DNA of 63,396 bases, filler included, from Craspedostauros australis (GCA_030167865.1; 15 parts of 15 records of this genome joined end to end with filler, not necessarily neighbours in it); one strand, 5' to 3'; shown: positions 36,501 to 49,070, counted from the first letter of the whole stretch. Numbers and translations are program-made. Notes: a model not told the origin generated them from the sequence alone.

Positions 36501-38779
36501 TAGGGGTAGGGAGTTCCCTATTCCAATACTCGTATGCTTGGCTCGGACATTGCACAACCAAATTCTGGATTGCTGGTCTGTGGGGTCAACTCCAGGGTAC
36601 CGGCATTGAGGTGTGCGAAACAACGATGTCCAGCAAAACGCAGCGTGAAGGTGGCTCCTTTCTGATGGATATCTGGATCCGGCAGCAGGTGAAGGGGGCG
36701 CAGCTCTATCACCTGAACATGTGCATCAAAAACTAGGGGTGTTGTGATTGTCAGACATCATGTCAGTCGAAGATACCAGGATCTTGTCGGAGGCGCACGA
36801 CGGAATACAGGCGTCCATCATACCAAGATGATGGGCAAAGCAACTGCAGAGATTACCAAGTGGTTGGTGGAAGGAGTGGCAACAGTGGTGCAGATTGATA
36901 TGGTACCGAGGTATAACGTTACACCGACCATTGGGCAAGTGGCACTGCAATGACAGGTTGTGGCGATGGTGGAAGGAGCCATATCAAGATGACATCTTGG
37001 ACCTGGCTGCCTCTCCGATTCTATGGTATCGACTGTATCGACGAAGCCGGACCCAAAGGAAGCAGTACACTCAAATTGCGACAGTGGCTGAAGCTCCAGC
37101 GAACGCCAAGAGAGTCTCTGTGGTTTCCACAGAACGCGGAATTGAATGGGGCAGGCATGTTGGGCTCACAAAGCCTCCTGACGAGCCCACCGCTGCATAT
37201 GATCCGATTGGAAACCTGGTGGGGGACATGGTGCTCCACAAGGCGATGAGGGCAGCAAGCCACAACAGACTTTTGATGGTGAGCGACGGGTCGTCCAAAG
37301 ACAGGCAAGGGACATCAGTATCGATTGCGTTTGACGTCAAATCCCAGCAGTACATGTACTGCCAAACGTTCGTTCTGGGGGCCCCAGAAGTTCACAGTGC
37401 CTACGGAAGTGAGTTAGCTGGGATATGGGCGTCCCTTGCAATCGTCTTGGAGATGCCAGGAATCCACGAGGGCAGTGTGATCATCGTTGCCCTGGACGGC
37501 AAACAGGTGCTCTTGCAAGCACAGGAGGACAACTTGCTACCAAGCCAAAAGGACTGGGATGTTCTCACAGAAATCAGGAGGCTCCAATGGCAGATCCTGG
37601 CTTTGCTGAAGTAGAAATGGGTGAAGGGGCACCAAGAAGCCACCTGCAAAAAGCTGACGGTGCTGGAGCAGCTCAACGTGGAGGCCGACAAGAAAGCCAA
37701 GCAATTCTGGGAAGAAACCTGTCAGAGACCCAACGTGCGAACCTGGTCCACTGACACCAGCAGGTGGCGACTCCAGCTTCGCAAAGACAACCACTCACAC
37801 GTGGACCCAGGTGCGATGAATGAGCTCCTTCAGTCTGCCTCAGCGATGAAGATTTGGTCCTCGAAGTTCCAGTTGGACAGCAACCAGCTGGACCAGGTCG
37901 ATTGGCGCACGGACAAGGCGGCGCGCAGTCCAAGCAAAACTGCAGCTTGACCATGTTCATTTCGAAGTGGGCCTCTGGATTCATTGGGGTCAACAAGAAG
38001 TTGCTCCAGACCGGACAGATGTCATTGGCCAAATGCAAGTTCTGCAGGCATGACGAAACCACCCAGCATGTGTTGCAATGCCCAGAACATCATGAGGCAT
38101 GGACGATCGCCACCTCGAACCTAGTGGATCACATGGTGGAGATTGGAATGTCCCCACAATTGGTAAGGAACATGAGAGTGGGTTGGGTGAAAAGGAGGAG
38201 GAATGTACGCTCAAATGACGCACAAAGTACCATTGGATGGTCCCCACTACTGGCAGGGCTTCTGCACGAGGACTGAGAAAGCCAGTAGGAGCACTGGATG
38301 ATGACGCACGAGTGCCGATATCCAGACACAAAAGCATGGGCTCGGGATATGGTGCGATGGATACAGAAAGTGCCCTGGGAGGTGTGGATGGCCAGAAACG
38401 CCAAAGTGCACAACGAAGAACAACACCTGGCAGCAAGGGACTTGCGTAGGCGGGTACGGAGACTGATACAAGGTGCGAGCCAGGACATCAACGAATCAGA
38501 GCTACATCTACTCCAAGAAGGCTGCAGTATCAAGTACGGTATGAAGGAACAAATGAAACAGTGGGTGAACTCTATGATAGCCATCCAAGCGGTGGTGAAA
38601 GCGCAGCGACGATCGCGAACGATACAAGCCAAGAGGCGAGCATGGCGTCGTGGCTGGGGATGGCTTGAGAAGGGACACTTGACAGCTCGCTCAAAACATG
38701 GCCCCACAGGGCCTATGGAGGCGAGGGTATCCTCATGGCACATCTATGATGTAATCACTGAGTTACTTATTTATATATT
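30505..38779 (+). mobile_element. Near full-length decayed Ambal-type LINE (~8.3 kb): ORF1, then ORF2 with APE, RT, RNase H and a CCHC knuckle
   Basis: RT DAKSCYNRI, GIGQDNGAGP, FVDDTDL; RNase H VSDGS, SELAG, WVKGHQ, NVEADKKAK; CKFCRHDETTQHVLQC; many stops and frameshifts; AT-rich tail; candidate 19-bp TSD. Confidence 0.9.
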
Positions 38780-39530
38780 TATTTTGCATACCAAGGAAAA
38801 AGCCATTGTGCTCCATGACATCATATAATATATTTCTGTGTTGTGTGGTATTCGCAAGTGTTGCTGTTGCAGCTGACACGAAGGGGTGCCACCACCAACG
38901 CTGTGCTGCTTTGCGCAACACGCGCGAAGGAGGAAACACGCAACCGAGCCAAATCATCGACAACGTGAGGAATCAACGCGACACCGAAACTGTCACAACA
39001 TCACCATCCACACCATTGAATACAATCGTGGTCTGACATCGACCGTCGTTGACGTCAGCATTTTCGTCCACGCTGAAGACAAGTCAGCCAGGTANTTGTG
39101 TCGTAGAAGCTAGCTAATTAAATATGGCCCTAATGGACAACACGCCACATCGTTTGCCAAAAAAGTCATGTTGTCCGATAAAAAATCGGCAGGATACTAC
39201 CTTTTTGTCCTGAATGGGGTCATACACGGCGATCCCATTTATTTATTTTTTGAGATGTTGCGATGGATTGTTTCCAATTTGCTCAACTTGTTTTCCTGAT
39301 CCTGAGATGCTCTGTGTGCAGGTTTTTCACGTGACCGGAGGTGTTGGGGGGGTGAAACCTGTCTGTTCTGAAAAATTATGACTGTGCGGAGCGGTCATTT
39401 GCTCAACGTGGATCCTACGCGTGGTTTGTGNNNNNNNNNNNNNNNNNNNNNNNNNNNNNNNNNNNNNNNNNNNNTTAATTAATTAANNNNNNNNNNNNNN
39501 NNNNNNNNNNNNNNNNNNNNNNNNNNNNNN

Positions 39531-39876
39531 GAAGGTGAACTTCAAATGGTAAGTACTCATGGAGTAGGAGCCAGTACTGAACGAACGGAGTGTCGAATGC
39601 GGAGTACGCATCGAGCACGGAGTATCGTGTGACACGAGCGCACGATGTAGAGAGAGAGAGAGAGAATACAGAGAGGAGCGAGAGAGCATCTCGCGTACCG
39701 ACTCATAGTCGGAGACCGAATCTACGAAACAGATTGAAGCGCCGAGAGCATCGGGCAAGACAACTGGTGTACACCGAGAGGATCGGAGTAACCAACTAAT
39801 GAAATAGCAAACGAACGACTATTAACCAACACCACCTTCCACGATCGTAGGTTACCGTGAGCGGGACTTGCCAACA
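39531..39876 (-). mobile_element. LTR family A, copy 2, inserted in a Copia gag
   Basis: Reverse complement of 16995 onward. Confidence 0.85.
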
Positions 39877-40302
39877 CCTGCGAACTTGAGCTCTATGAGC
39901 TTCACGTCCATCTCGTAGTCTCTTCCGAGAGCGTTGAGCACAAGCATGTTGTATTGCTCGGCGTCCATCTTGACGCCAGCGTTCTCCAAATGGTTGCGGA
40001 GCACCTCCATGTTGGTGAGGAACGAATCAGGGCGCTCGCCCTTCTTCAACCGCATTCCGTTGAGCTGAGCCAACAACTGCGCCTTCACTGGTGCAGTACG
40101 TTGCTCGTAGATGCGCTCGAGCGCCTTCCACGCCTTGCGTGGATCACCACCTTTGTAGGTACCGCTCTTGCATCCCAGCACAGCCATGAAGGCAACATTG
40201 CCTTCCGGAGTTTCATGGTTGATAGCCATGGTCAGTTCTTCAAACGTGTACTTCGCCAGCACCTTCCGGTACTCAGCGCTTTGTTCTCCTTCGCTGGTTC
40301 TC
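39877..40302 (-). pseudogene. Copia gag fragment (UBN2/Retrotran_gag-like)
   Basis: AWKALERIYE...LLAQLNGMRLKKGERPDSFLTNMEVLRNHLENAG...LVLNALGRDYE. Confidence 0.8.
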
Positions 40303-40620
40303 TGTCAGTCACGTAATCATGTTCTGGGTTCCGAGCGACTCAACTGTGATAGCGTATTTGCATAGATGTTTCAGGTCAACTGGTCAACCCTCATGCTTGG
40401 AATGCTTCGGTGTTCCAGTCTCCCTTTCACATCCATTGTTCGCCATGCCAGTTCGTCAATCCTCTCAAAACATGTCGCATCATTAGTCTGTCCGTCATTT
40501 GTCATACTCTTGACACAGAGGAGGAGGTCCACAATCGACTTGGGAGTGTGTCCGACTTTGTAGATCGGTCAGTCTAATTTTGGTATTATGGGAGGTGCGG
40601 CAACCTAGAATAACACGACA
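40303..40620. repeat. Possible LTR-like segment with TGTC...GACA ends
   Basis: The gag frame breaks at its left edge; flanks (TTCTC/TAGTC) do not form a TSD. Confidence 0.35.
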
Positions 40621-40648
40621 TAGTCGCATCCTCGATTCCTGACAAATA

Positions 40649-41497
40649 TCAATGAATCAAACCAAGACGTCGCTGCAACATTTGCTTGCTCAACATCTCA
40701 CAAACAACGAAGAAACACAACAAATGACAAAAAGCACTTTCGAGTCGTACTAGTCGTAAACTGAAGTATTTGATGCACTTGCCGGGTGTCCCAGTCTTCG
40801 CAATCGCGGGTACAGTTGTTCCTGTGTTGGCATCGCCCAAAAGATTCCGACGGCTGCGTCTCTGTCTGGTTTTGCTCTTCGTGCCATCATTCTGTTTGAT
40901 GTCCTCATCAGCAACAACGTTGTTGTCACTGATATCTGTCTCAGTAGTATTGGTACTTGCAACAGGAACATCAGCATCCTGTTGTTTGTCATCGGTTGTT
41001 TTATCACCAACTTCTTCATGTGACTTGTCTTGTGTCTTATCCACTTGCTTGCCTGCCGACTGTGATGCACCCGCGTCATCCGACAGGACATCGTCATAGC
41101 TCTTGCTCGATTTCAATACGCTCCGCTTCTTCGTCTTCTTCTTCTTCGGGTTATGGAACGACGACGACAGCAGATCCGGCGTGTCGTCGTACCAATTGAA
41201 GAATGGCGAGCTCGTCGACTTGGACGTGCCGATGAATGACTTGGCCTTGTCCCGCACGGGTGTTGTGCTCTTCGGTCGCTGCGGCGAATGCGCGTGCATG
41301 GACTTGGATTTCGTGTCGACCGATGGCGGCGTGCGCGTCGACGACGGTTTGGAAGGTGACAACGTGAACGTCGATTGAAATGCAGGCGGCAAGTTCTTGG
41401 GATCCTTGCGTGGTTTAATAGAGCCCAAACGTAATGGCTGTTGTCTTGTTGGCTGTTCTTTAGCTGTAGGCAGAGGCTTGACTGGCAAGCGATCCGG
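40649..41497 (-). CDS. Low-complexity S/T/K/D-rich ORF fragment of unknown function
   Basis: 279-aa open frame, no recognised domain; may be an exon. Confidence 0.35.
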   Translation of the reverse strand, partial: PDRLPVKPLPTAKEQPTRQQPLRLGSIKPRKDPKNLPPAFQSTFTLSPSKPSSTRTPPSVDTKSKSMHAHSPQRPKSTTPVRDKAKSFIGTSKSTSSPFFNWYDDTPDLLSSSFHNPKKKKTKKRSVLKSSKSYDDVLSDDAGASQSAGKQVDKTQDKSHEEVGDKTTDDKQQDADVPVASTNTTETDISDNNVVADEDIKQNDGTKSKTRQRRSRRNLLGDANTGTTVPAIAKTGTPGKCIKYFSLRLVRLESAFCHLLCFFVVCEMLSKQMLQRRLGLIH

Positions 41498-43049
41498 NNN
41501 NNNNNNNNNNNNNNNNNNNNNNNNNNNNNNNNNNNNNNNNNTTAATTAATTAANNNNNNNNNNNNNNNNNNNNNNNNNNNNNNNNNNNNNNNNNNNNGAA
41601 ATTCTGTCGCGATAGAGGACCCCTGATGTCTCAGGAGACAAACTTTTTGACCTTTGTGCGAGGGCCTTGTCTCCTGAGACAAAACCAAAAATAACACGAC
41701 GTTTCCTCGCGATGGGAAAAGTGGTCGACCAGTTGGACTAAAACTAGAATTGGANNNNNNNNNNNNNNNNNNNNNNNNNNNNNNNNNNNNNNNNNNNNNN
41801 NNNNNNNNNNNNNNNNNNNNNNNNNNNNNNNNNNNNNNNNNNNNNNNNNNNNNNNNNNNNNNNNNNNNNNNNNNNNNNNNNNNNNNNNNNNNNNNNNNNN
41901 NNNNNNNNNNNCCATTACTACTGACACACTGGTGACTACCACTTGTTCCTCTGCACCATTCCAGTGCCATACGGTGGTGTGGGAGCACTGGTATCAATGC
42001 AATCATGCCATGCACTGCAGCAACGATGGCCCAGAGGTCGCCATGAGGCAGGTTGTGACAAGTTACAGTGCTGACTATAAGATGAAGCAAGGTGATGAGG
42101 TGCTACCACTGCAGCCTTGGAATGCCTGCCAATGACAGGCAAGGGTGCCACTGACATAGGGACTATATCAATTTGTATTGGGCAAATGCACAGAGTGATC
42201 GGCNTNCCTGTTGATCAAGTTCCCNCAGAAGTAGGCANGTGGCTTTGCAGGCGATGGTAACATGCCTGCCTGGGGGCATCCAACACAGAAATACATGCAG
42301 ACAAGTAGANTGCAATGAGTGGAAGGAGGGTTCTGGTGAAAGGAATCGAGATCTGCGGAGAGCACATGCATGTCAACTCGACAGCCGTTCTGCCTCGTGC
42401 CCAACACAGGATCAAGCAGGTAGCACAAACGCGCCTCTAGCGAAGGCCGGACAAACAAGTAAACAGCTTAATCCTTGAGTTCTATATGCGCCAATCCAGT
42501 GGCAGAATGTCACCAGCAACTGGTCTCGTTTCATTGCGTTTCGATTGCAGATGTGACCCTTTCCGTTCCTACTTGCTTTTGTTCCATGGCTGTCACAGGT
42601 CTCACACATTGCNNNNNNNNNNNNNNNNNNNNNNNNNNNNNNNNNNNNNNNNNNNNNNNNNNNNNNNNNNNNNNNNNNNNNNNNNNNNNNNNNNNNNNNN
42701 NNNNNNNNNNNNNNNNNNNNNNNNNNNNNNNNNNNNNNTGTCATCCAAGAGGAGACTTTTTGTTCTTCCCATGTCTATGACCGCCATGCAGTGAATGATG
42801 GAGTATTGCTTTTTCAATGCAAGAGAGATGGAATGAATAGTAGCTTGTACTTGCAAGGTATTGTGGGGAATATTGCAAGTGGTGAACTTGCCATGACGGA
42901 TGGGCACGGGCAAGCATCAATCTTTGCACTCGCCACAATGCTGGAGAGANNNNNNNNNNNNNNNNNNNNNNNNNNNNNNNNNNNNNNNNNNNNTTAATTA
43001 ATTAANNNNNNNNNNNNNNNNNNNNNNNNNNNNNNNNNNNNNNNNNNNN

Positions 43050-43132
43050 AAGTAATGAAATAGCAAACAGACGACTATCAACCAACACCATCTTCCACGA
43101 TCGTAGGTTACCGTGCGCGGAACTTGCCAACA
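43050..43132 (-). mobile_element. LTR family A, copy 3, inserted in a LINE 3' region
   Basis: Ends GGAACTTGCCAACA at 43132; matches 16995 onward. Confidence 0.85.
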
Positions 43133-43786
43133 ACTCTCCCACCAAGGACATACAATTGCACCAGAGCAAGGTGGGTTGGAATGCAATGGTTTGGGGAGGA
43201 TGGGCCATTCAGTGGAGATCACAGGCGCCGCCCATGGCACCTCACCGCCGCAGACGAGCCCCGCGATTACTCCATGACTGGCAAGCCAGCGTCACCAATA
43301 CCCTGTGGCACGCAGTGCTGGCCCAGTGGCAGGATCGGAACGAAACCAAAGCAGCCCTGACGTACGACGACATGACGCCAGTGTTGCTCCAGTACTTCCA
43401 AGCGTTGCGATCGCAGGCAACGTCCACCATACCAGCGGCGCTGCGCCCGCTCTGGGAACGCCCCCCTAGCGCTGAGGCGACCAGCCAGATCATTCCTTGG
43501 GTTCAGACCTTGTGCCAGAGCCTCGGCGACTCCGCTCCGCCAATCGACAAGGTGCTGGTGAACTGGATGAGCAACGCTAGCCGCAACGCCCGTACCCGAC
43601 CACACGAAGACACACCCAACAACCAGTCGCTGCGCGCACCATACTCCCAGCGATGATAGCCCACGACACACAGAAGAAACACATATGCATCCGTTCCCGC
43701 TGCGTGCTGACACGTAGAGTAAACGAGGCGGAATCAAAGCGCCCCCGGCGCATGACCTAACAGTTAGAATCCGTGTGATATATATA
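43133..43786 (+). mobile_element. 3' end of a non-LTR retrotransposon (ORF2 C-terminus, 3' UTR, (AT)n tail)
   Basis: QSKVGWNAMVWGGWAIQW...LWHAVLAQWQDRN resembles the C-terminus of Ambal copy 2 (QSTIGW...WEVWMARN); GATATATATAT tail abuts piggyBac coding sequence. Confidence 0.7.
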
Positions 43787-44686
43787 TGGCGTGCCACCCG
43801 TGTATCTGTCCCATCAAACACGTTCATGACTCACCTGAGCAGGGATCGATACAACATCATCTTCTGCCACATCCACTTCACTGCAGAGCTTCCTGACTTT
43901 GAAAACGGATCAACAGCATCTTCCGCCACACCCATCCAGGTCAATGTGGATGAAGATGACATGCAAGCATGTGCAGGCAGTACCACCATGGCATCAGGAA
44001 GTGAATTGTCATCCATCAGCACAGCTTCATTGAACATCCACACTACAGAGTTGAATGATTCTGAAGCCTTGGATACGAAGCCGCCAGCACGAAAGAAGGC
44101 CAAAACGGACAGTGACAGTGTTCAGTCGACCCGATCATGGTATCGGAAGGTGCAACCACTCCTCAACCACACGAATCGAGTGTCGAAATGCATCTTTACA
44201 AGACCAGGAGTTGCATGCGCCATCGACGAGATGATGGTGCAGTTCAAAGGTCGTTCCGCACAGACACACAGGATGAAGATGAAGCCAATCAAAGAGGGCT
44301 TCAAATTCTTTGCACTGTGTTGTTCAAGCACTGGGTTCATGTACCATATCCTACCTGCAGGTCAACTTGACAAGACCACACAAATCAACAACACTGTGGA
44401 GGAGTTGATGAATGAACTTGACTGAAGCCATCATCATGTTGTCACCATGGACAATTTCTTCATGACCAAGACAGTTCTGCAGCAATCGAGACAGATGGGC
44501 ATTGGCATCTTGGGCACAGCACGCAATCGGAACGGATTCCCTCCAAAGGCAGTTAAGGAGGTCAAGGATGACAGGTTCAACAGCCTGTACATCTGGACTG
44601 AACCAAATGAGCATGTGGTAACTCGGTGGGTGGACAACAACGTCGTCCTGATGGCGAGCACGGTTCACTATGGAAATGAGACGGTT
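43787..44686 (+). pseudogene. Canonical piggyBac transposase fragment
   Basis: SRDRYNIIFCHIHF, AIDEMMVQFKGR, KPIKEGFKFFALC, MDNFF, GTARNR, WVDNNVV; stop at 44423; cut by insertions at both ends. Confidence 0.92.
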
Positions 44687-44941
44687 AGTTGGATTTTCGT
44701 GTGCTGTTGTGACACGATCCGGAAGGGATGGCCTAGCTGACTGCCAGATTCAAGGAATCTGATGGTGAAGTCAACGTGAGGCGACCGTCTGGAGATTAGT
44801 AGTATGTGACAATGAAGTAGATTAGTGTTGTAGTGCTGATCTTGAGTTGTGCTATTGGTTATTTGAATAGTCTGCATTGTGAGTTGATCAGATTGAGATG
44901 CAGGATGAAGAAACGATAGTCAGTCTGAATGGTGCGGCTCT
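44687..44941 (-). mobile_element. AGTT family copy 2 (right-hand end), inserted in piggyBac
   Basis: GCAGGATGAAGAAACGATA 44900-44918 is the exact reverse complement of 25505-25523; starts AGTT where piggyBac similarity stops. Confidence 0.8.
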
Positions 44942-45041
44942 NNNNNNNNNNNNNNNNNNNNNNNNNNNNNNNNNNNNNNNNNNNNTTAATTAATTAANNN
45001 NNNNNNNNNNNNNNNNNNNNNNNNNNNNNNNNNNNNNNNNN

Positions 45042-45758
45042 AACTTTCAACCAAAACACGTCCGATACGTCCTCCAATGTATCTACAGAGGTGAGATATC
45101 CTTCAACAACAACACTCATGACTACACTGGCGATGATGACGCAAACCAGCCAACTCCCACCCTCACTGGACAGGATGATCTGCAACAGCTGATCCTTGTG
45201 GCCAACGAGTTCGGCTTCTGGCGACTCAAGCTTGTTCTTGAAGCAGAGTTGGCCTGCAAGCATCTCACAGAGGACACCATGATAGATGTGTTGATATTCG
45301 CTCATCAACACAACTGCTTGGTGTTGAAGGATGCAGCGATGAGAATGGTTGCTGAAAGTGAGAAAGACATGTTCACTCATCCAGATTTCGGCAAGTTGGT
45401 TCCACAGCCCCAACTGATGACAGAGACCCAGGTGTTTTGTAGTGGGAGAATGAAGAGTGGTGGTATTGATGGTGAGTACAGCCACATGTCCATGATGGAG
45501 CTGTACAAGGCTGTGGGTGAAGACGAGGGGATCGCGCAAGTGGATTCATACATGGATCGGGCAACATTGGTGGACTTCGTCTGCTCTTTGAGTATCAAAT
45601 CATCCAAAGTGATTGAGACGGACGGCGCTGCCACTGATGACTTGAATCCAGACCGCACCACGGGCCATGACATTTCTTGCCATCGTAGTTGGTTCGACTG
45701 TTGGCGCTGCCATTGCCCATGTCCCAAGCTCTCCTCCACTCCGGAGCAGTCGGTTTGA
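45042..45758 (+). CDS. BTB/POZ (SPOP-like) protein, C-terminal part
   Basis: Frame open from the gap: VRYVLQCIYRGEI...LILVANEFGFWRLKLVLE...DVLIFAHQHNCLVLKDAAM. Confidence 0.75.
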   Translation, partial: NFQPKHVRYVLQCIYRGEISFNNNTHDYTGDDDANQPTPTLTGQDDLQQLILVANEFGFWRLKLVLEAELACKHLTEDTMIDVLIFAHQHNCLVLKDAAMRMVAESEKDMFTHPDFGKLVPQPQLMTETQVFCSGRMKSGGIDGEYSHMSMMELYKAVGEDEGIAQVDSYMDRATLVDFVCSLSIKSSKVIETDGAATDDLNPDRTTGHDISCHRSWFDCWRCHCPCPKLSSTPEQSV

Positions 45759-46380
45759 TATCTTCCTTTCTGATGTCGCTGAGCGATGCGCCACATTTGA
45801 GATCGCTGTTCGTCACCGCTCGTCATTCATCATTGGCATCATCATCGGCATCATCAGCGTCATCATCGTCTCTTGCCATGGTCGCCTTCATCGATGCTGG
45901 TTGGCGTGCCATACTTTGCGCAGCTGCCGCTTGATTACTCCACTGTTTCATTTCTTTGTTGCTTGACGGACAATGTCTCAGTGTTGTCTGATACCTCCAT
46001 CAATGTAAACATAGTCCTACCATTTCATCTCTCTCTCTGTCTCTCTCTCTCTCTCTTTGTGTTGATGTTGTTTGATGGACCATCCGTGGCGTCGGGAATT
46101 GCTGGCGCGTTTGGTGAGTACTCGTTCGTCTGCCATTCGTAGTTCATTCAATCTCACGTACGCACCAACGCCAACAACTTCAATTTGTCAAGTTGTGACA
46201 ACTCGGTGGATCTTATACAAGCTCTAGTCGTACCACAGATCATGCTTACACGTAATCTCGAGACGGAGAGATAGATCGAGCGAGAACGGAGATAACCAGA
46301 GCCTTGATTTGTCGATATGTGTTGTTTTCGTTTCACACGCTCCAGAGTAGTTCCAAACCTTCACCCACGCGACGTGTTGA

Positions 46381-48231
46381 TCATTCATCGCTGTCGACGT
46401 CTAGGTCGACGCTTCCATACGAGGATTCCACATCGTGTGTATTCTCGTATTCCCCGAGGATGGAAGCGTCGATGCCATCGCCCTGATCCGCATGGGACAT
46501 GCGACTGTAAAGATGAGCGCAGTAGATCGGCAGCGCGCAAACCAGCACCAGCATACTATTGACGTATGAATACTTGCCATCCGCGTACGACTCCGTCCAC
46601 ACCGCCAGCGGGTACTGAACCAGAGTGAAGACTGCCGCGGTTGTGAACACGCAGCCCAACGTCCGCCCCATGGTCTCCACACCGAACGTCATGGCCAGGA
46701 ACGTGTTCAGCGTAGCGTACAGGTAGGCGCGGAATGCCGTGAAGAGGACGAAGTTGCCGACCTGCACATTCAGGGATGGGATGCACAGGATCACGCCGAA
46801 TATCACGCCCAGGCCATTGGCCACGTGGATCATGCCATGGATGCCAAGTATGGAAGCCGTCCGTTCGATCCAGGGCACGAAGATGACGCCGCACGGGAGG
46901 ACCCAGCTGAAGATCTTGGCATACTTGCTGGTGACATCGCCGTAGTGGAGAAGCAAGTCGTCTACCGTCATGATGAAGAAGTTGCTTCGCATCATGTGCA
47001 CGCTGGCAAAGATGAGCGCCAATCCGAAGTCGTAGGTCTGCATCTGCTCCCCGACTGGAAGTCGTTGGATGCCTCGCCGTTCGATCCAGACAACGTGTGG
47101 GTCTACTCGTACCCTGCGCACTTTGCCATCGCGGCTCTGCTTATGTTGTTGTTGTCGGTGCTGGTGCGGCACTTTCTGCGTCTGTTTAGGTTTTCGTTGA
47201 ATACGTGTCACCACGACGATGTCCTCACTGTGTTGTGCTTCCGCAATGAGAGGAACAGTCTCTGTTGGAAGCGATGAATTATGCTGCAGTTGCTGACACT
47301 GGATGGCGTTTCTATCTTCGTTGTTCTCATCGTCATTCTTGCCATTATTGGGTTCGCGATGACCAGCTGCCTTGGCAGCGTCAACCGCATTGTGCGATTT
47401 CACAAAGCCCTTCCAATCTCGCCGCTCCAGAACGATCCAGCAAGCGATGAGAGTCGAGTACACCACCAGCGCCCACATTGCGTAGGCGGCGAAGAGGAGA
47501 CGTCGCTGCACTCCAAACTTTTCCTGAAGGACTTCGAAGACGAAGAACACGACGGATGATGCATCGAACAGGCAGCTGCAGGCCGCCAAGAGCAGCGTCT
47601 GTGCTTGCAGCAGCAGGAAGGTCGCCGGGAAGGAGCTCAGCATGGTCATGCAACCACCGATACCCATCAGAGAATATGCCAGCGCGAAGTAGTCGCCCCC
47701 AGCGGCACTCCTGTTCGTCGCTGAGGTGGATTGCCCAAAGCCGTCGGCACCGAGGGTTGCTTCATGATGATCGTTGGATTCGGAGATCGCAAAAAGCAAT
47801 AGGCCTGTTATTTGAATGACCGCGCAGAGCGATAGCACCGTGGACTTCGGGAGGCGATCCAAGATGTATCCAACTGGCAACGACGCGAAGGAGAGCCAGA
47901 ACTGCGCCAGCGTGAACATACCGAACAACGTATTCGTCTGCTCGGAGCAATCCATCCGACTGGCTCCATCACCCGAGAAAGATGCGGCAGTCGTGCCGTT
48001 GTGGATGGCGACGCAAAGCTCCAAATACTGTCCCTCGCGAAGCAGTATGAGCTCCAACGGCGCCCATCCAAAGATGATTCCCGAGAAGCACACGACGCTC
48101 AATTGTCCAAAGATGTTGGTTGCCCAACAGAGCCAGGTAGGGATGTGCATTGTGCTGGACGGCGTTTGCGTCAGCGATCGTGGTGGTGATGGTGATGGAG
48201 CCTGTGGTTTGATTTCTTGTCTGGCTCCCAT
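46381..48231 (-). CDS. MFS transporter, SLC43/LAT3 (FMP42-like) family, 616 aa
   Basis: GIIFGWAPLELILLREGQYLELC N-terminal pattern, about 12 hydrophobic segments in two halves with a polar central loop. Confidence 0.85.
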   Translation of the reverse strand: MGARQEIKPQAPSPSPPRSLTQTPSSTMHIPTWLCWATNIFGQLSVVCFSGIIFGWAPLELILLREGQYLELCVAIHNGTTAASFSGDGASRMDCSEQTNTLFGMFTLAQFWLSFASLPVGYILDRLPKSTVLSLCAVIQITGLLLFAISESNDHHEATLGADGFGQSTSATNRSAAGGDYFALAYSLMGIGGCMTMLSSFPATFLLLQAQTLLLAACSCLFDASSVVFFVFEVLQEKFGVQRRLLFAAYAMWALVVYSTLIACWIVLERRDWKGFVKSHNAVDAAKAAGHREPNNGKNDDENNEDRNAIQCQQLQHNSSLPTETVPLIAEAQHSEDIVVVTRIQRKPKQTQKVPHQHRQQQHKQSRDGKVRRVRVDPHVVWIERRGIQRLPVGEQMQTYDFGLALIFASVHMMRSNFFIMTVDDLLLHYGDVTSKYAKIFSWVLPCGVIFVPWIERTASILGIHGMIHVANGLGVIFGVILCIPSLNVQVGNFVLFTAFRAYLYATLNTFLAMTFGVETMGRTLGCVFTTAAVFTLVQYPLAVWTESYADGKYSYVNSMLVLVCALPIYCAHLYSRMSHADQGDGIDASILGEYENTHDVESSYGSVDLDVDSDE

Positions 48232-49070
48232 TGTTCTTCAGATAGCGTGCGGTTTGACTAGTCGGTAGATCAGGATGCTGCAAGATCAGCGCAGAGTGGA
48301 TGGCTTGATGGATGCCTGAATGGAATGGATTGGATTTGATGCATGAAATGGTCACATGACGAAGCGGACACCACCGGTCCAAATCCATCACATGGGTTGG
48401 GATGAAGGGAGATGAGAGGGAAAGAGAGAAAGGCGCATGACCATGGGCATGCCAACGCTGTTGTTGCTGCTGCTTGTGCTCCAGATGGAGGGGACAACGA
48501 GAACCATCGTCCATCTGGGTTCTCGTTTGTGGAATGGGGAAGGAAGTGTTCTCCTTTTCATGTCGATCGGAGAAGAAAGGTGGTTGGGGAGTCGGAAGGC
48601 GCGCACAGCGATACACATGAAAGCCAGTCGGCCGATCATTGGGCACGACTCCAATGAAGCGAAAGTCACAAGATTGTTCCACGATTGGAGTTAGCACATC
48701 TCGGAACGAAACAAACGTCCCAACCTGCTGCGCTTCCCCTTGTTGATGTCTCATCAGTTGCTTTCGTTGCTGACAGTGGTGATGTCGCCATCGTCATTTG
48801 TTGGGTGGTGGTGGAGACAACTGGGCACGCACATCATCGATGTGTTCTCCGTCAGCCCAAACTCAATCCAACTCGGTCCAACTCGATCCACCTTGGACTC
48901 CACCCGCCCGATTTCATCTCACCTTCATCTCCACAATCGCCTCGACGACCCTTGGCATTGACGTCGACTTCGACTCCAACCGTCTCCGACCTCGTCGGTC
49001 AGTGCAACGAGGAGTAGCCGCAAAAGCAGCAGTAGCAGTGGAAAGAACCGGAGTATAGGAGTTGGCGTTG

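Noticed and set aside
31900..37700. RIP-like CpA-to-TpA mutation suggested by TAG/TAA stops
   Set aside because: Stops from transitions can only come from CAA, CAG, CGA or TGG, so the bias is built in; needs a multi-copy spectrum
41598..42949. Possible decayed gene fragments
   Set aside because: Gap-ridden with ambiguous bases; no supportable motif
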